A stretch of 64,000 bases of DNA from Eledone cirrhosa (taxonomy: Eukaryota): NCBI GenBank assembly GCA_964016885.1, contig OZ024743.1:313782001-313846000 (forward strand), read 5' to 3'. Positions within the stretch are counted from its first letter, which is position 1, and each line of letters opens with the position of its first letter. Positions 24,543 through 38,511 of the stretch are shown here, piece after piece. The notes beneath the pieces are model-generated. The model was not told the DNA's origin, made no database searches, and saw only the letters and a program-made list of their open reading frames with translations. The position numbers and the translations under genes are program-made.

Positions 24543-27500
24543 TAGTTAAAAATTGAACAGGAACAAAACAGAGGCAGTACGCACAAAGGTTTGTTAGTTT
24601 CACGCTCTTGAGAGTGGGATGGTGGTGGGGACCGACGTTTCGGGCATAAGCCCTTCTTCAGGTGAAAAGTGTGTGGGAAGAGAGTTCCAAGGGTGTGTTG
24701 GGGAGTGGTGGAGAGACATATAGAAAAAAAGGGGGTGAGAGGAAACGGTACAAATGAAATTAAATATAAAAGCATAATAAAAATAAAAATAAAAATGAAG
24801 TAAAACAGGAGGTGGAAGCGTGTGAGGCTGGTAAGGGTGGTGGTGGGTGGAGTGGGGAGAGGGACGGCGGGGTGTCCGAGCGGGGAGGGCTGAAGGTGGT
24901 GTGTGTGTGTAGGTGTACGTGTGTGTGTATGTGAAAGTAAGAGTTGGGGGAAGAATGGGGTTGCATGTTCAGGAGGAGGTGTGTGTGGGGTGGGGTGTAG
25001 GTCGGAGTGTGTGTGCGTGTGGCGATGGGGAGGGGTCAGAGGGGTGGGGAGAGAGGATTCCGGAGGCTGAGTGTGTAAATATGTGGTGGTACGCACGTGT
25101 GTGTGTGGTGTTTATGCGTGTTGTGAATGTAGGTGGCGTGTGGGAAACATTTTTTTTTAGTGTATGTCAGTGGGTGAGTCCATAAGGTAGTTCCATAGAG
25201 GATGTGGTGGAATGCTGGAATCCTTGGGATGTGGTGGATTCTAGGGATCGATGTTCAATATGTGTAATCCGTGGTTGGTCGGAAGAGGGGAGATGTGAGG
25301 TGCGCGCGCAACAGGAAGTGGTCAGAGTGTCAAGGCAGGAGGAGGGTTGTGTGTCTGTGTGCGCGGGGAGGTGGTCAGAGAAGGGCATAGCAGCAGTCGG
25401 GTAGAATGGTAAGTGAAGAAAGTCGGTGTGTCTATTTGTGCGGAGGTGCGGTGGACAGGGGAGAGGATGGGTAGGTGTGAAAGTTGGAGTGAGGAGGGTG
25501 TGTGTGTGTGTATTAGTAGAGGTGTTAGTGGGATGTGTGTGTGTGTGAGAAAGGGTGTCGGCGGAGCGGGGAGAGAACGGTGTGGGGGCCGGTGGAGGGA
25601 ATGTAGTGTACTGGTGTGTGTGTGCGTGTTTGGATGAGTGCGTGTATGGTGAGGTTGGGAAAGGGTAGAATGCGGGTGTGAGTGGGGGTCAGTGGTGGTA
25701 GGGTGTGTAGAGTGGGTGGTGTAAGTGGGTGTGTGTGTTCGTGTGCGTGGGGTCGGGGGTGTTAGTGATGTTAGTTGCGGGGTGGTGGGGTGGATGTGTG
25801 GGGGTGAGGGTTAGTGGTGGTAATAGGGTGTGTGTTTAGTGTGAGCGCGTGTATATATATGTACCAGTGGGTGTGTGCGTGTGATAAGGAGAGGAGGAGA
25901 AGAAGGGAGGGATGTTAGTATGTTAGTTGGGGTAGGGTTGGCGGGTGTGAATGGAGGTGTTAGTATTGTTAGTTGTGGGTTGGGCGGTGAAAAGGAGGGG
26001 TGTGTTAGTGGTGTTAGTGGGGGATATGTGTGGGGGGAGGGGGCGGTCGAAGGCTAAATGAATAAGGGTGGGGATTTCAGGCCCGGGGGGGGGTCTATAG
26101 GGTGAAGATAGTTCGTTGTTCGACCCTGAGGAGAGTGGCGGGTGTTCCGTGGCATTGGAGTAGGCCACAGACTGTGAGGTGGTGTGCGGAATGTCCAGGG
26201 GCACCTAAGTGGCGGGCGATGGGGGAACTACCACCGAGACGAATATCTCGGAGGTGTTCGGTAAACCGGTCCGTCAGGCGACGTCAAGTCTGTCCGACGT
26301 AATTTGCGCTGCACTCCGTGCAACGAAGTCCGTAGACTAGGTTGCAGGAGGTGCAGCGGAAGGCATGCCGGACAGAGAGAGAGTGGCAGTTGGGACCCTG
26401 GAAGGTGGTGGTGTTGGTGATGTGGGGACAGGTGTTGCAGCGGGGCCTGGAAAAGGGAAGGGAACCGGGGGAGAAAGAGAGCGTGGGTTAGGGGGTAGGG
26501 AGCTGTGTGCTGGAGGGTGCGGAGAATGCGTGCGCGTTTGAAGGAGGGGAGTGATGGGGCTGGGAAGATGTGGGAGGTGGAGGGTCGCACTGGAGGCGTT
26601 GGAAGAGGCGGAGGATGGTGCGGTGGAGGGGTATGGTGGAGGGTGTTAGGTGATGGGGAAGGGGAGACGGTGGGTGGGTGTGCGGTGGGGTTGGGTGAAG
26701 GTGGTGGAGCGGTGGACTGCACGGGCGCGGGTGAGAGCGGTGTGGACGAGAGCGGGGGAGTAACTTCTGCGGATGAAATGGCTGACTAGCGAAAGGGCCT
26801 GGGACTCAAAGTCAGCATCTCGGCAACAGAGGCGGCGGATCCTGAGGAGTTGGTAGTAGAGAATAGAGTGTTTAGTGTGTGTAGGGTGGGAAGAGGTGAA
26901 GTCGAGGTAGGAGTGGGAGTCGGTGGGTTTGAAGAAGGCGGAGGTGACGAGGGAGTGGTGGGAGGGACCGAAGGCGACGAAAATGTCTAAGAAGTGGACG
27001 TGGGTGGTGGAGATAGAGGTGGTGAAGTGGAGGGAGGGGTGGAAGGAGCAGAAGAAGGAGAGAAGGAGTCGAGCTGTTCTCGGGTGAGGGTCGTGGCTCC
27101 GATACAGTCGTCGATGTAACGACCGTACAATTCGGGCGTGGGGCCGGTGTACTGGGCAAAGATTCGGGCCTCAACATGGCCAACAAAAAGGTTGGCATAG
27201 TTTGGGCCCATTCTTGTACCCATGGCTTCCCCCGTGGCCTGTTGGTAAAACTCACCCGAGAAGGAGAAACAGTTGAGGGTGAGGACAAGCTCGGCGAAGC
27301 GAAGGAGGGTGGGGGTGGAGGGGATGGGGAAGAGGCGAAGGTCGAGGTAGTGCTTGAGGGCACGTAGGCCGTCGGCGTGGGGATGACGGTATAGAGGGAC
27401 TTGATATCTAGGGTGAAGAGGAAGGGCTGTAGGCCGGGAAGGTATGTGAAGGAGTCGAAAAGGCGCAGGGCGTGGTTGGTGTCGGAGATGTGGGAGGGGA

Positions 27501-28870
27501 GGGTGGTGACAAGGGGGGCGTGGATGGAGTCAAGAAAGGCGGAGATGAGTTCGGTTGGGCAGTTGCAAGCGGAGACGATGGAGCGGCCGGGGTTGTCGGG
27601 TTCGTGGAGTTTGGGGAGGAAGTAGATGGTGAGGGTGCGGGGGGTGCGGACGACGAGATGGGAAGCGGTGGGGGAAGAGGGAGGAGGAGACAAGGTGTTG
27701 GATGGTGGAGGAAACTTGTTGTTGGTAGAGGGGTGTGGGATCGGAGGGTAGAGGGCGTTAGAAGAGGGGGTTACGGACTGCCTGAGGGCTTCGGCCGTGT
27801 AGAGGTCCACGCGCCACACCACCTCGGCGCCTCCCTTGTCCGCCGGTTTGATGACGATGTCATCTCGGCTACGGAGGGAGCTGAGAGCGAGGAGTTCGCC
27901 CCGTGAGATGTTATTCCGTTTGGAACGGTGGCGGAAGTCGAAACGATTTACGGCGCTACGGCTGGCATCGACGAACGCGTCCAGGGTGCTAAATTGCCCT
28001 GGGGCCGGCGTCCAAGAAGATGGTCGTCGGCCTAGGGCAAGAAACTGGTCTGGGGCGTTCGGAGCCGGTGGCGTTTGACCGAAATGTTGCTGTAGCTTTG
28101 TCCGTCGCACGAATCGCTCGACTTCCGTTCGGGTGCGGAACTCGTCGCTGTGCGGAGTGTGGGATATGAAGCGAAGGCCTCTACTAAGGAGTGAGCGCTC
28201 AGGTGCGGAGAGGGGGAGGTCAGGGGGTATGGTGACAACAAGTGGTGGGGTTTGGGTGTGTGAGGGAGGAAGGGAGGATGTGGTGGGGTGAGGTTGAGAG
28301 TGGAGATTGGGTAGGGTGTGAGTAGAGGGAGGGGTGGATAGTGGTGGGGACGGATGGGAGGGGGAGGTGGGGGACTCATAGGGAAGGGCGGGTGATGGTG
28401 GATGGGGGTGGTTGGGAGGAGTGAGTGTAGCTTACGGGCTTTGGTGGAGGTGAGGAAGGAGAAGAGGTCGTGGTTGAGGTTTTTGATGAAGATGAGGATG
28501 GCGTGGGCGAGGAGGAGGTTGCAGGTGGAGTTAAGGCGGAGGAGGGTGGGGGTCAGTTGGTAGTCAAGTTTGCGGATGGTGGAGCGGGAGGCGCGGATGG
28601 AGTTGCGCATTAGGAGGCGCGAGGATCGGGTGAGGATACGTTAGGTGGAGGGGAAGCTGAGGGAGATAAGGTGGATGTGGAGGCAGTGGCTGAGGAAATG
28701 GATGTGGCTGGATTGCCGGGTTTTGGCGAAGAGAAGGTAGGAGAGTTGAAGGGCCTAGGGGAGATAGCAGAGTGGGATGAGGGGGTGAGGTAAAGTTTGA
28801 GGCTAGTGTGGAGTTGGTGGAGAAAGGATCTCAGGCTGGGTATGGTTGGCGTTGAGTGAAAGCAGGGGGA
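24543..28870 (-). mobile_element. Neptune-like Penelope element, decayed, with long C/A-rich 3'UTR; boundaries approximate
   Basis: IKPADKGG, PGR.IVSACNCPTELISAFLD, FTLDIKSLYT, MGTRMGPNYANLFVG, RYIDD; GIY-YIG LVYGLRCTECSANYVGQT.RRLTDRFTEH near 26250-26345; HHR near the 3' end. Confidence 0.88.
24631..24665 (-). ncRNA. Minimal type I hammerhead of the Neptune-like 3' end
   Basis: Minus strand: cac-CTGAAGA-a-gggc ttat gccc-GAAA-cg-TC-ggt. Confidence 0.8.
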
Positions 28871-29207
28871 GGAATGAGAATGCAGGTGTGCGAAGCGGGG
28901 TGGGCTGTTGAACGAAGGGGTGAGTGCGAATGATAGGCAGAGACGGGGAAGGGAAAATCAAACAGAAATAACGTAAGTAGAGGAAAGTATACACAGGAAA
29001 ATCATAGACAAAAAATCATAATCGTAAAAACAGGCAATCATGGACAAAAAATCATAGACAGAAATAAACAAGTACAGTAAATAAATCAATCAAGGTAATG
29101 CAAAGAAAGGAAAAAACAAGTTGTGGGAAGGTATGTGGACGTTATTCCGGGTTGAATCGGAGGTAACCACAGTAAGTAAGGTACTCAATACATTGCAGAG
29201 TATAAAA

Positions 29208-29583
29208 GTTTTAATATAGATGAGATTCTACAAGACTAGAACTGTTTCATTCTTTAGAAATCATTAGGAATCTGGGTATCAAAAAATAAATATGGTATTT
29301 ATAGGTCTCTTCAGGTGGTAGGAGAGGGTAAGGAGTGGGATGGGTGTAGGTCATTGGTTGATAGAAAAAGGAATTCATTAAAAGCTAATTCTTCAAAGCT
29401 ATAATTTATATAATTTATATAAATTATATCAACCAATTACCTACACCCATCCCACTCCCTACCCTCTCCTACTACCTGAAGAGACCTATAAATACCATAT
29501 TTATTTTTTGATACCCAGATTCCTGATGATTTCTAAAGAATGAAACAGTTCTAGTCCTGTAGAATCTCATCTATATTAAAACT
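29208..29583. repeat. Inverted repeat (~155-bp arms) of a PLE-type terminus, with an HHR in each arm
   Basis: 29208-29365 is the reverse complement of 29425-29583; abuts (TA)n. Confidence 0.9.
29517..29567 (+). ncRNA. Type I hammerhead (mutated mirror copy at 29223-29273, minus strand)
   Basis: agattc-CTGATGA-tttc taaa gaat-GAAA-cag ttctagtc ctg-TA-gaatct. Confidence 0.85.
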
Positions 29584-29665
29584 ATATATATATATGTGCG
29601 TGTGGATTTATATGTGTCAATGTGTATGTATACGTTGAGTGCTTGAAATGAATTCCATCAATGTT

Positions 29666-29760
<95 letters not shown>

Positions 29761-29890
29761 TAAACGGAATAGAAAATGCTGACAAATTGTTCACAGTTGA
29801 AAAGTGGTTTAATTAGGAATAAAAGAGTATTAGTAATTGTATGGGTTAGTATTCAGTTGTGGTTTTAAGTTTTTAAGTTTTATATATATA

Positions 29891-30651
<761 letters not shown>

Positions 30652-31444
30652 TACAAATATATACATAAGTAAATTTGTTGGAATATACATAACATCTCAA
30701 TGAAAAGAGATCACTAAAATAATCTCATTCAGAGAAGCTAATACATATAGAACATCTTATATATAATCACAGATGGGTAGATTACTGTAGAAACATCTCT
30801 CTCGAAGGATAACAATAAATATCCTTACTGCAGTTTCAAAATTCAAAGAACAACCTATAGCTGTTCAATAGAATAAGTGACGGAGTTTAAGCGAAAGGAT
30901 GAAGGAGTACTGCCGAGAATTGAAAGGCAATAAAAAACTCGGCAGTTTTTCAACCAGCATGTTAAAGTACATCTGGAACACATCCAGATGATAATCATTG
31001 CCAGGCAGAGGGCCGACACAATGCTTAGATATATTAAGAAGCCACCCTTGTTGTAGAAATCAACCTAACCTCAATAGAAAACAGAACTAGTATAGTAACG
31101 ACGCCAGAATCTATTGACAGCTGGGTGACGAAAATATTACGGCACATAGAAATAGATGCGCAGGTGTGAATCGACAGACATGCTGATATGCTTAGAGATG
31201 TGAATGCGCATATGCAGATAAGTGTTAAAACACTGGGAAACCTTGGGGGTTATATTTAAAGACCCACACATATGCATCAATGCAGCTACACAACCCAGAT
31301 TCAAACGTACCACACGCACATACACAACAGAAAGAGAAAGAGAAAGAGAAAGAGAAAGAAACACGAGTAAAATAAAAAAGATTATTTAAAAAGTCATTCG
31401 GAAGGTCACAGAATATATGTATGCATGTGTGTGTGTGTGTGTGT

Positions 31445-31518
<74 letters not shown>

Positions 31519-31972
31519 CTTTTTATGTGTATGTGTAAAAGAATCACCGAAATAAAATACATTTTTCTGACACAACATTATTTAAACATACCTTCAAAAC
31601 AATTTATCTAATATATATATTTAAAATGGTATATTTTTAATTTTCCGACGTTTCTAACAATATTGTAATTCAGGATTGTGTAAGAGACATTTACTTATAT
31701 ATATTGAGTTGCACAATATTATATATATATATATATATCTGCGTTATATGCTAGATACATGAGTTGTATCGTGTAACAAGCGTCATAGTGATGTTGATGG
31801 ATGATTCTCATCATAAAATATATAGTTACGAGAAACTAAATGCTCTTTAAGAAAGTTACAAGATTTAGATAATCAAATATACGCCACATGTATTGAGTAC
31901 TTCTATCGTGAGTTAAACCTAAATGACCAACATTTACATAGTCGTCCACATACATATATATGTATGCATATG

Positions 31973-32003
<31 letters not shown>

Positions 32004-32006
32004 ATA

Positions 32007-32860
32007 TTGTGATTTAAAATTCCAATCCAGAGATTTGATTCTGATCTGTTTTTTTTCTATTTAATTGCTTACCTGTAGATATTGTTCCCTGTACAGTAAC
32101 GGTAAAATCACTTGTAATAATTCTTTACACACTTCTCGCTGTGTGACACATTTCTCTTTGTGTAATATATACTTGCATTTGAGCTCGGAAGGAAATTCTC
32201 TATTCTTCTTTGAGCTAATAATACTATTATTATTATTATTATTATTATTACAGTGAACTGCGGAATACTCTTAATTCCGATTTTTGTATAATTAATGAGC
32301 TCCAAATTGTTGAGCTAATAATTCGCATGGTTGGGCTGCAATTTCTAGCATCTTCCCCAATCCATGAGAGCCGTTATTTGATTCGAATAACACGTGATTT
32401 CGCTCACTCTGGCCCGCGTGTCTATTTGCAATCTCCCTAGGCATGAAGGTAGATGTGCAGTGTTCAGTCTCGCATTTTGCTGACTGATGATCCATGTGGA
32501 GTGTTATACTACACATATAGGTGGTGACACATATAAGTGGTGAAACGAAGCTAGGTTCGTATCAGCAAAATATAGTTATAAGGTTTGTGATTTAAAATTC
32601 CAATCCAGAGATTTGATTCTGATCTGGTTTTTTTCTATTTAATTGCTTACCTGTAGATATTGTTCCCTGTACAGTAACGGTAAAATCACTTGTAATAATT
32701 CTTTACACACTTCTCGCTGTGTGACACATTTCTCTTTGTGTAATATATACTTGCATTTGAGCTCGGAAGGAAATTCTCTATTCTTCTTTGAGCTAATAAT
32801 ACTATTATTATTATTATTACAGTGAACTGCGGAATACTCTTAATTCCGATTTTTGTATAA
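32007..32860 (+). mobile_element. ORF-less 578-bp HHR monomer with ~280-bp terminal direct repeat, in (TA)n (retrozyme-like)
   Basis: 32007-32291 is repeated at 32585-32860; HHR lies in the unique part. Confidence 0.85.
32474..32571 (+). ncRNA. Type I hammerhead with 10-bp stem I and long stem II
   Basis: attttgctga-CTGATGA-tcca...tggt-GAAA-cgaa gctagg ttcg-TA-tcagcaaaat. Confidence 0.92.
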
Positions 32861-32872
32861 ATATATATATAT

Positions 32873-32908
<36 letters not shown>

Positions 32909-33034
32909 TTGCGTGTGTGTATACGTGTATGTATATATGTGCGTGTGTGTGTGTATATATGTGTATACACACACACACACACACACTCACACACACACAC
33001 TCACACACACACACACACTCACACACACACACAC

Positions 33035-33105
<71 letters not shown>

Positions 33106-33186
33106 GTGAAAGAGTGAAGAATATGATGGTCGGCTGTACAAAAAAGGTTTTATTTACAGTATTAACAATTGTTTCATTGATCGGAA

Positions 33187-33306
33187 TACAGTATTCCGAT
33201 GATTTGAATCAGAGACACACACTGTATTTAAGGTCGAGTGACGCAATTTCTAGTGATTAGCGGCCTTTAGACTCACCTGATGAATGAAACAATTGTTAAT
33301 ACTGTA
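33187..33306 (+). ncRNA. Type I hammerhead, CCGATGA core, inside a PLE-type 5' inversion (arms 33103-33177 and 33284-33358)
   Basis: tacagtatt-CCGATGA-t..atcag...ctgat..t-GAAA-caattg-TT-aatactgta; 9-bp stem I, palindromic stem III. Confidence 0.8.
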
Positions 33307-33592
33307 AATAAAACCCTTTTTGTACAGCCGGCCATGTTATTCTTCACTCTTTCACTATTATTACTCCAAGAATCACCTGCATGAGAATTCTCGTAAACTC
33401 GTCACCTAATTAAGGAAACATCTTGTTGAGTCAAACAACGCCGTACGTTAAAACTATCCATAGTACAGAGTACTCACAACCTCTAACTAGATTACCTTAA
33501 ACGATACCTTGTTATCCTATACATATATTTATATATTCATATATATATATATATTCATATATATATATATGTGTGTGTGTGGGTGTGTGTTT

Positions 33593-33626
<34 letters not shown>

Positions 33627-35059
33627 AAGGCTATTCGCTGTGGCTTTCTTCAAGAGTAGGTTAGAATTTCTACTTTTCAGATTTTATTGAAATATCTGAG
33701 ATCCAGCACATGCAATTTATATCATTGCTAAGTAAATTTTATGTAGGCTACATTTAATTGAAAATAATAATTTTAGATAAAATATTATTTGATTATCTAA
33801 TAAGAAATAAATGGTAAGTGGTTAATGAGGATTGAAACTTCATCCTTCAACTGAATATAAAATTATTATAAGAAATATATCCTTGGCAAGGAATTAAAAC
33901 AAAGATGAAAGTTAAAGCCTACATCTATGTACATTGGCTTGCTCATACGAGACTGCATCTCATAGAATGTGGATGTTTCTGGAGAGAATTTGTGATTGGG
34001 ACTCCGGATCTACCATGAAAAGCAGCATGAAATAAAATGTTGTGATCAAGAAAAATACGCGCCGCCCGAGATAGAAATTGAATCCATGACCTTATGGTGA
34101 CAAGTTCAACAGCATAATAACCACTCGGTTCAGTGGATTTATAATTACATTTAATATTTGTATTAGAAGATGTTACACGATGGGTATCCTTAAAAAGCAT
34201 TAGAAATACACTTGTCAAAGAGTCTGACGTAATTGTGGCATTAAAAACATTTATGCTCTCAGTTAAAATTCTTCTGAGGTTGGCCTCCCACATCACCATA
34301 AAATGATAATATTTATTATGCACTCCGACCAAAATTTACGTTAGACATCTTTATCTAACAACATCAAACATATGTAAAGTTAATTATAATATATTTGCAG
34401 TTAATCATGAACCACACAAGGATTTAAAAAGCCAATTGGCACAACATCTACTATAACATGATTTGCATAATAATCAAAGAAGAATAAATAGTTCATGTCT
34501 GAAAAGAAAGCTGTTTAAAAAATTCACAGATTGATAGGCAAATAGTCCGAAAAAGCATTCAGAAACATTTATAGAAATACGGATCGTAAAAATATTATGA
34601 AAGACGGAAGTTTGTTGTAGCTAGCGATTTCTCAAGTAAATCACAATAGATAACGTATATCTGTAATCACACTGCAGCTGTTACATTCCATCCAACTGAG
34701 AACAGCTGAGAACAGCTAGGAAATGAATGGATATTAAAATATCACCATGACTACAAAATGGCCTCCTTAAGTGCACTTATGTTAATTTTGTAGAAGGAAA
34801 TTGTACATTTAGATGCCCTTATCGACAGCGTACTTATTTTGACATAGAACGGCAGTGTATGTTAGGTTTGAATATGTCTAGATATATTGATAGAATATAT
34901 ATTCGAAAAGGGGTAATAAAACATCGTAAGTGATTCTATGTTTCACCGATTACTGATGCATTTGAAATAAGAAGTGTTACCAAATATGAGTAAGGTATAT
35001 ACATATACGCATAGACAGAGACAAATATATATGTACATATCAATATCTATACAACTGTG

Positions 35060-35275
35060 AGGGCGGTGGTTTAGCAGTATCGGTAGAGCATCGGGCACCA
35101 TGCTTTATGGCATGGAGTTACGTCCCTTCACGGTCTGAGTTCAAATCCTGCCGAGGTTAACTTTGTCTTTCATCCTTATGGGGTCGATAAAATAAAGTAC
35201 CAGTAATGCACTGGTGTCAATTTAATCGACTTTCCCCTCTCCCAAAATTGGTGGCCTTGTGCTTAAATCTGAAAC
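35060..35275 (+). mobile_element. tRNA-derived SINE with 19-bp target-site duplication
   Basis: A-box-like TAGCAGTATCGG and B-box GAGTTCAAATCC; TSD CAATATCTATACAACTGTG at 35041-35059 and 35276-35294. Confidence 0.88.
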
Positions 35276-35758
35276 CAATATCTATACAACTGTGGTAAAT
35301 GTCATTTTGACAGAACTGACGCGATTATAATGCTTTAGTTAGACAGGGCAATAATGAGTGAAATAGATCAAGCATTAACAACATTTATGATAAAACCTGC
35401 GCAGATATTAATGTATAACGAGTGAGGTATTAGAACTAGAAGACATGCACCGCATTATATCTCACAATATCAATTACTGGATTCCACTAAAATGTATGTA
35501 GGAAATGGTAACAAAACTAAGAGCGTTATGAAAAAAACGAAAAGAAAAAGAAATGTATTTTCTGCTTCACCGTTCTGCAATATTGATTTCCATTAATAAT
35601 TAATAATAATATTGGTCGGAATGTGGTGGAAATCATTATGTCGTCTCGAACGAATACTTGTATGTAATGTAATGAATGAAGATTGTATCTGTCATAGTCA
35701 GTAAGAACATTTACTCAAACCATTACTTCTCTGCTGTAAATGTATATATGTATTTATG

Positions 35759-35796
<38 letters not shown>

Positions 35797-35971
35797 AATG
35801 GGTGTGTATATATGTATTTATATATAAATAAATGTGTGTGTGTGTATGTGTATATATATATATAAATAAATGTGTGTGTATATATATATGTATATATATG
35901 AATAAATGTGTGGATATATAAATATCTCTCTCTCTATATATATATATATTTATATATCCACACATTTATTC

Positions 35972-36047
<76 letters not shown>

Positions 36048-36100
36048 TCATTTCTATATATATACATATATACACACACACATTTCTCTCTATATATATA

Positions 36101-36890
36101 TACTAGCAGAATGGCCTGGCGTTGCTCGGGATTTGCTATAGGGTTCTTATATATTTGATATATATTTATCCTTATCGAACCTCGTGAAATAAATACGTTT
36201 GTTTATATTTTGTTATTGTGTATGCAAAAATATCTGTCCATAAATATATAATTATATATATATATTAAAATAACAGACTAAAGTTTAAGCAAAGAATCAC
36301 TGCTTTCACCCTTAACGGGATATTCTACCTAAAAGCAGTATGAAGTACATACACTAAGACTAATTGATGTAATCTTTGGCTTTGTTTGTTTATATTTTGT
36401 TTTTGTGTATGCAAAAATATCTGTACACGAATATCTATATTAAAATAACATATTAATGTTTAAGCAAAGAATCGCTGCTTTCAACCTTAACGGGATCTTC
36501 TTAAACTAAAAAATCAATCTGGAAATCAGGAAGACGATACTTTGGTTCGTGAAGACGTTCCCTGGCATAAGAATATATATACACACACACACACACTGAT
36601 CGCGTCATAATGACGTAATGCAGACAGTCAGGCATACAGACAGATATTATGAAGGCGCGACGTCATATCTACGTATCTATCTAAAAAGAGAAAGACAAAG
36701 AGAAAGAGAAATAGATCGCTAAATCGCCTACTGCGGTCCCTAGGGCATAGAAAATTTGAAATTCTTTTTGCTCAAAACACTTCCGGGGTCATACGAGTTA
36801 CATGTATAAAGTTTGAAAAAAACCGGTTGGGTACTTCTCGAGTTTTAGGGAAACAGACACACAGACATCCTCTGTTTTATATATATAGAT
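36101..36890 (+). mobile_element. Non-autonomous Helitron/Helentron-type (HINE/DINE-like) element with captured repeat fragments
   Basis: 5' TACTAG followed by CCTGGCGTTGCTCGGG; 3' region AAAGTTTGAAAAAAACCGGTTG...CAGACA..TTTTATATATATAGAT; recognised by pattern only. Confidence 0.6.
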
Positions 36891-37118
36891 ATACATACAT
36901 ATATAAATATATATATAGAAATGTGTGTGTGTATATATGTATATATATATAAATAAATGTGTGTGTATATATATATATATATGTATATATATGAATAAAT
37001 GTGTGGATATATAAATATATATATATATGTATGTATATAAACGTGTATATATATATAAATATATGCATTTATATATGTATATATATATATGTATATATAT
37101 ATTTATATATAATATATG

Positions 37119-37149
<31 letters not shown>

Positions 37150-37457
37150 TTGTGTGATTGCACGAGTGCTTGCGTGCATGCATGTGGATATAGAATGAAA
37201 GTATGATTAAAAAGTTTTCTTCAGACATATAACGACCCCAAGCGAGTAAAATTAATAAGACGCAAAATGTTTAGGAGCCCGATGGACGGATATACCTGCC
37301 ATTAAAAGGGGGATTGTGTCTGAGGAATTCTCAGGCATTTGCCTCTTAATTTCATGATCTGGCCGTTTACCTTTATGGAACAACTGGAACAATCACTGTC
37401 AAAGCCTAAGTAAGTCCATCTACACACACACGCGCGCGCGAACATATATATCTTTGC

Positions 37458-37791
37458 TTTAGCTCCACTCGGTCACGAATGACCATGGTTTTTCACCTAG
37501 AAATTTCCCTCCGAGGCACAAGCCTGGGCAAGGTTTGTTTTGTGGAAGAGCAGCAGTCGCCCATGCATACCAGCTTCCCCTCTCCACGCCACCAATGATG
37601 TCCAAGGGAAAGGCAGTGGCAGATAAAGCTTGGCACCAGTGACGTCGCAACTCATTTCTACAGCTGAGTAAACTGGAGCAACGTCTTGCAAGTGTCTTGC
37701 TCAAGGACACAACGCATCACCCGGTTCGAGAATCGAACTCCCAACCTCTCAATTGCAAGCCGAATGCTCTAACCCTTAAACCATGCGCCTT
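37458..37791 (-). mobile_element. tRNA-headed SINE, second family (GTGTCCTTGAGCAAGACACTT core, RTE/Ceph-like body)
   Basis: Minus strand GGCGCATGGTTTAAGGGTTAGAGCA...GAGTTCGATTC head followed by the conserved core. Confidence 0.75.
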
Positions 37792-37910
<119 letters not shown>

Positions 37911-38068
37911 GAGGAGGTTATAGTTCACTTGAAGCATTGTGTAATGAGGTATAAACGTTAGAATATGTGTAATAAGGCTAAGACAATGCAGGTATGGACA
38001 TAGAAAAAAGAATGCAATAGTGAAAGATATTGATGTGAATTCGTCTTTCACCTTGAATTTATTTAAAT

Positions 38069-38108
38069 GTCCTTAATTTTCGAGATAATATCTCTTCTTC
38101 GGAGGGAA
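38069..38108 (-). ncRNA. Putative minimal hammerhead in pLTR (identical copy at 41226-41265)
   Basis: Minus strand: cct-CCGAAGA-a-gagat att atctc-GAAA-at-TA-agg; only 3 bp of stem I. Confidence 0.6.
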
Positions 38109-38511
38109 GTAAAGGTCTCAAACCAGCATCTTTAAATCTCTAATCAAGCCATGCTGACCGGAAATAGTATAGAGTATCTGTTCTAACTTTAATATAAAAG
38201 AATTAAAATTAGGTGGAAAAAGAGTAGTCTCCCCTTAAGAGGGGTTTGTTTATGTTTTGTTTTTGTTTTTGTTTTGTTTTTTTAAATTTTATATGCGTGC
38301 CTGTATATGTGTGTGGGAGAATGCATGAAGGTGTAGGTATGTGGGTGTGTGGGTGTGAGTGTGGAAAGATAGGTATAATCGTAAAAGTGGGGGGTAGGTG
38401 TTGTCTGGTGTTAGAACTGGTATTGTGTGTGTATGTGTGAGAGAGAATAAGTGGAGGTGTGCGCGTGCGTGTGTGTGTGTGGGGTGTGTAAAAATGGGGC
38501 TAGAGGCCCTA

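Noticed and set aside
30850-31090. Possible decayed GIY-YIG fragment (IKEA..PNLNRK-like)
   Set aside because: Too degraded to support by eye; it would need a translated search.
33943-34332. 129-aa minus-strand ORF as a host exon
   Set aside because: Non-ATG start, no recognisable motif and no supporting exons.
35060-35155. tRNA gene
   Set aside because: A/B boxes are present but there is no cloverleaf, and it continues into a SINE body with a TSD.
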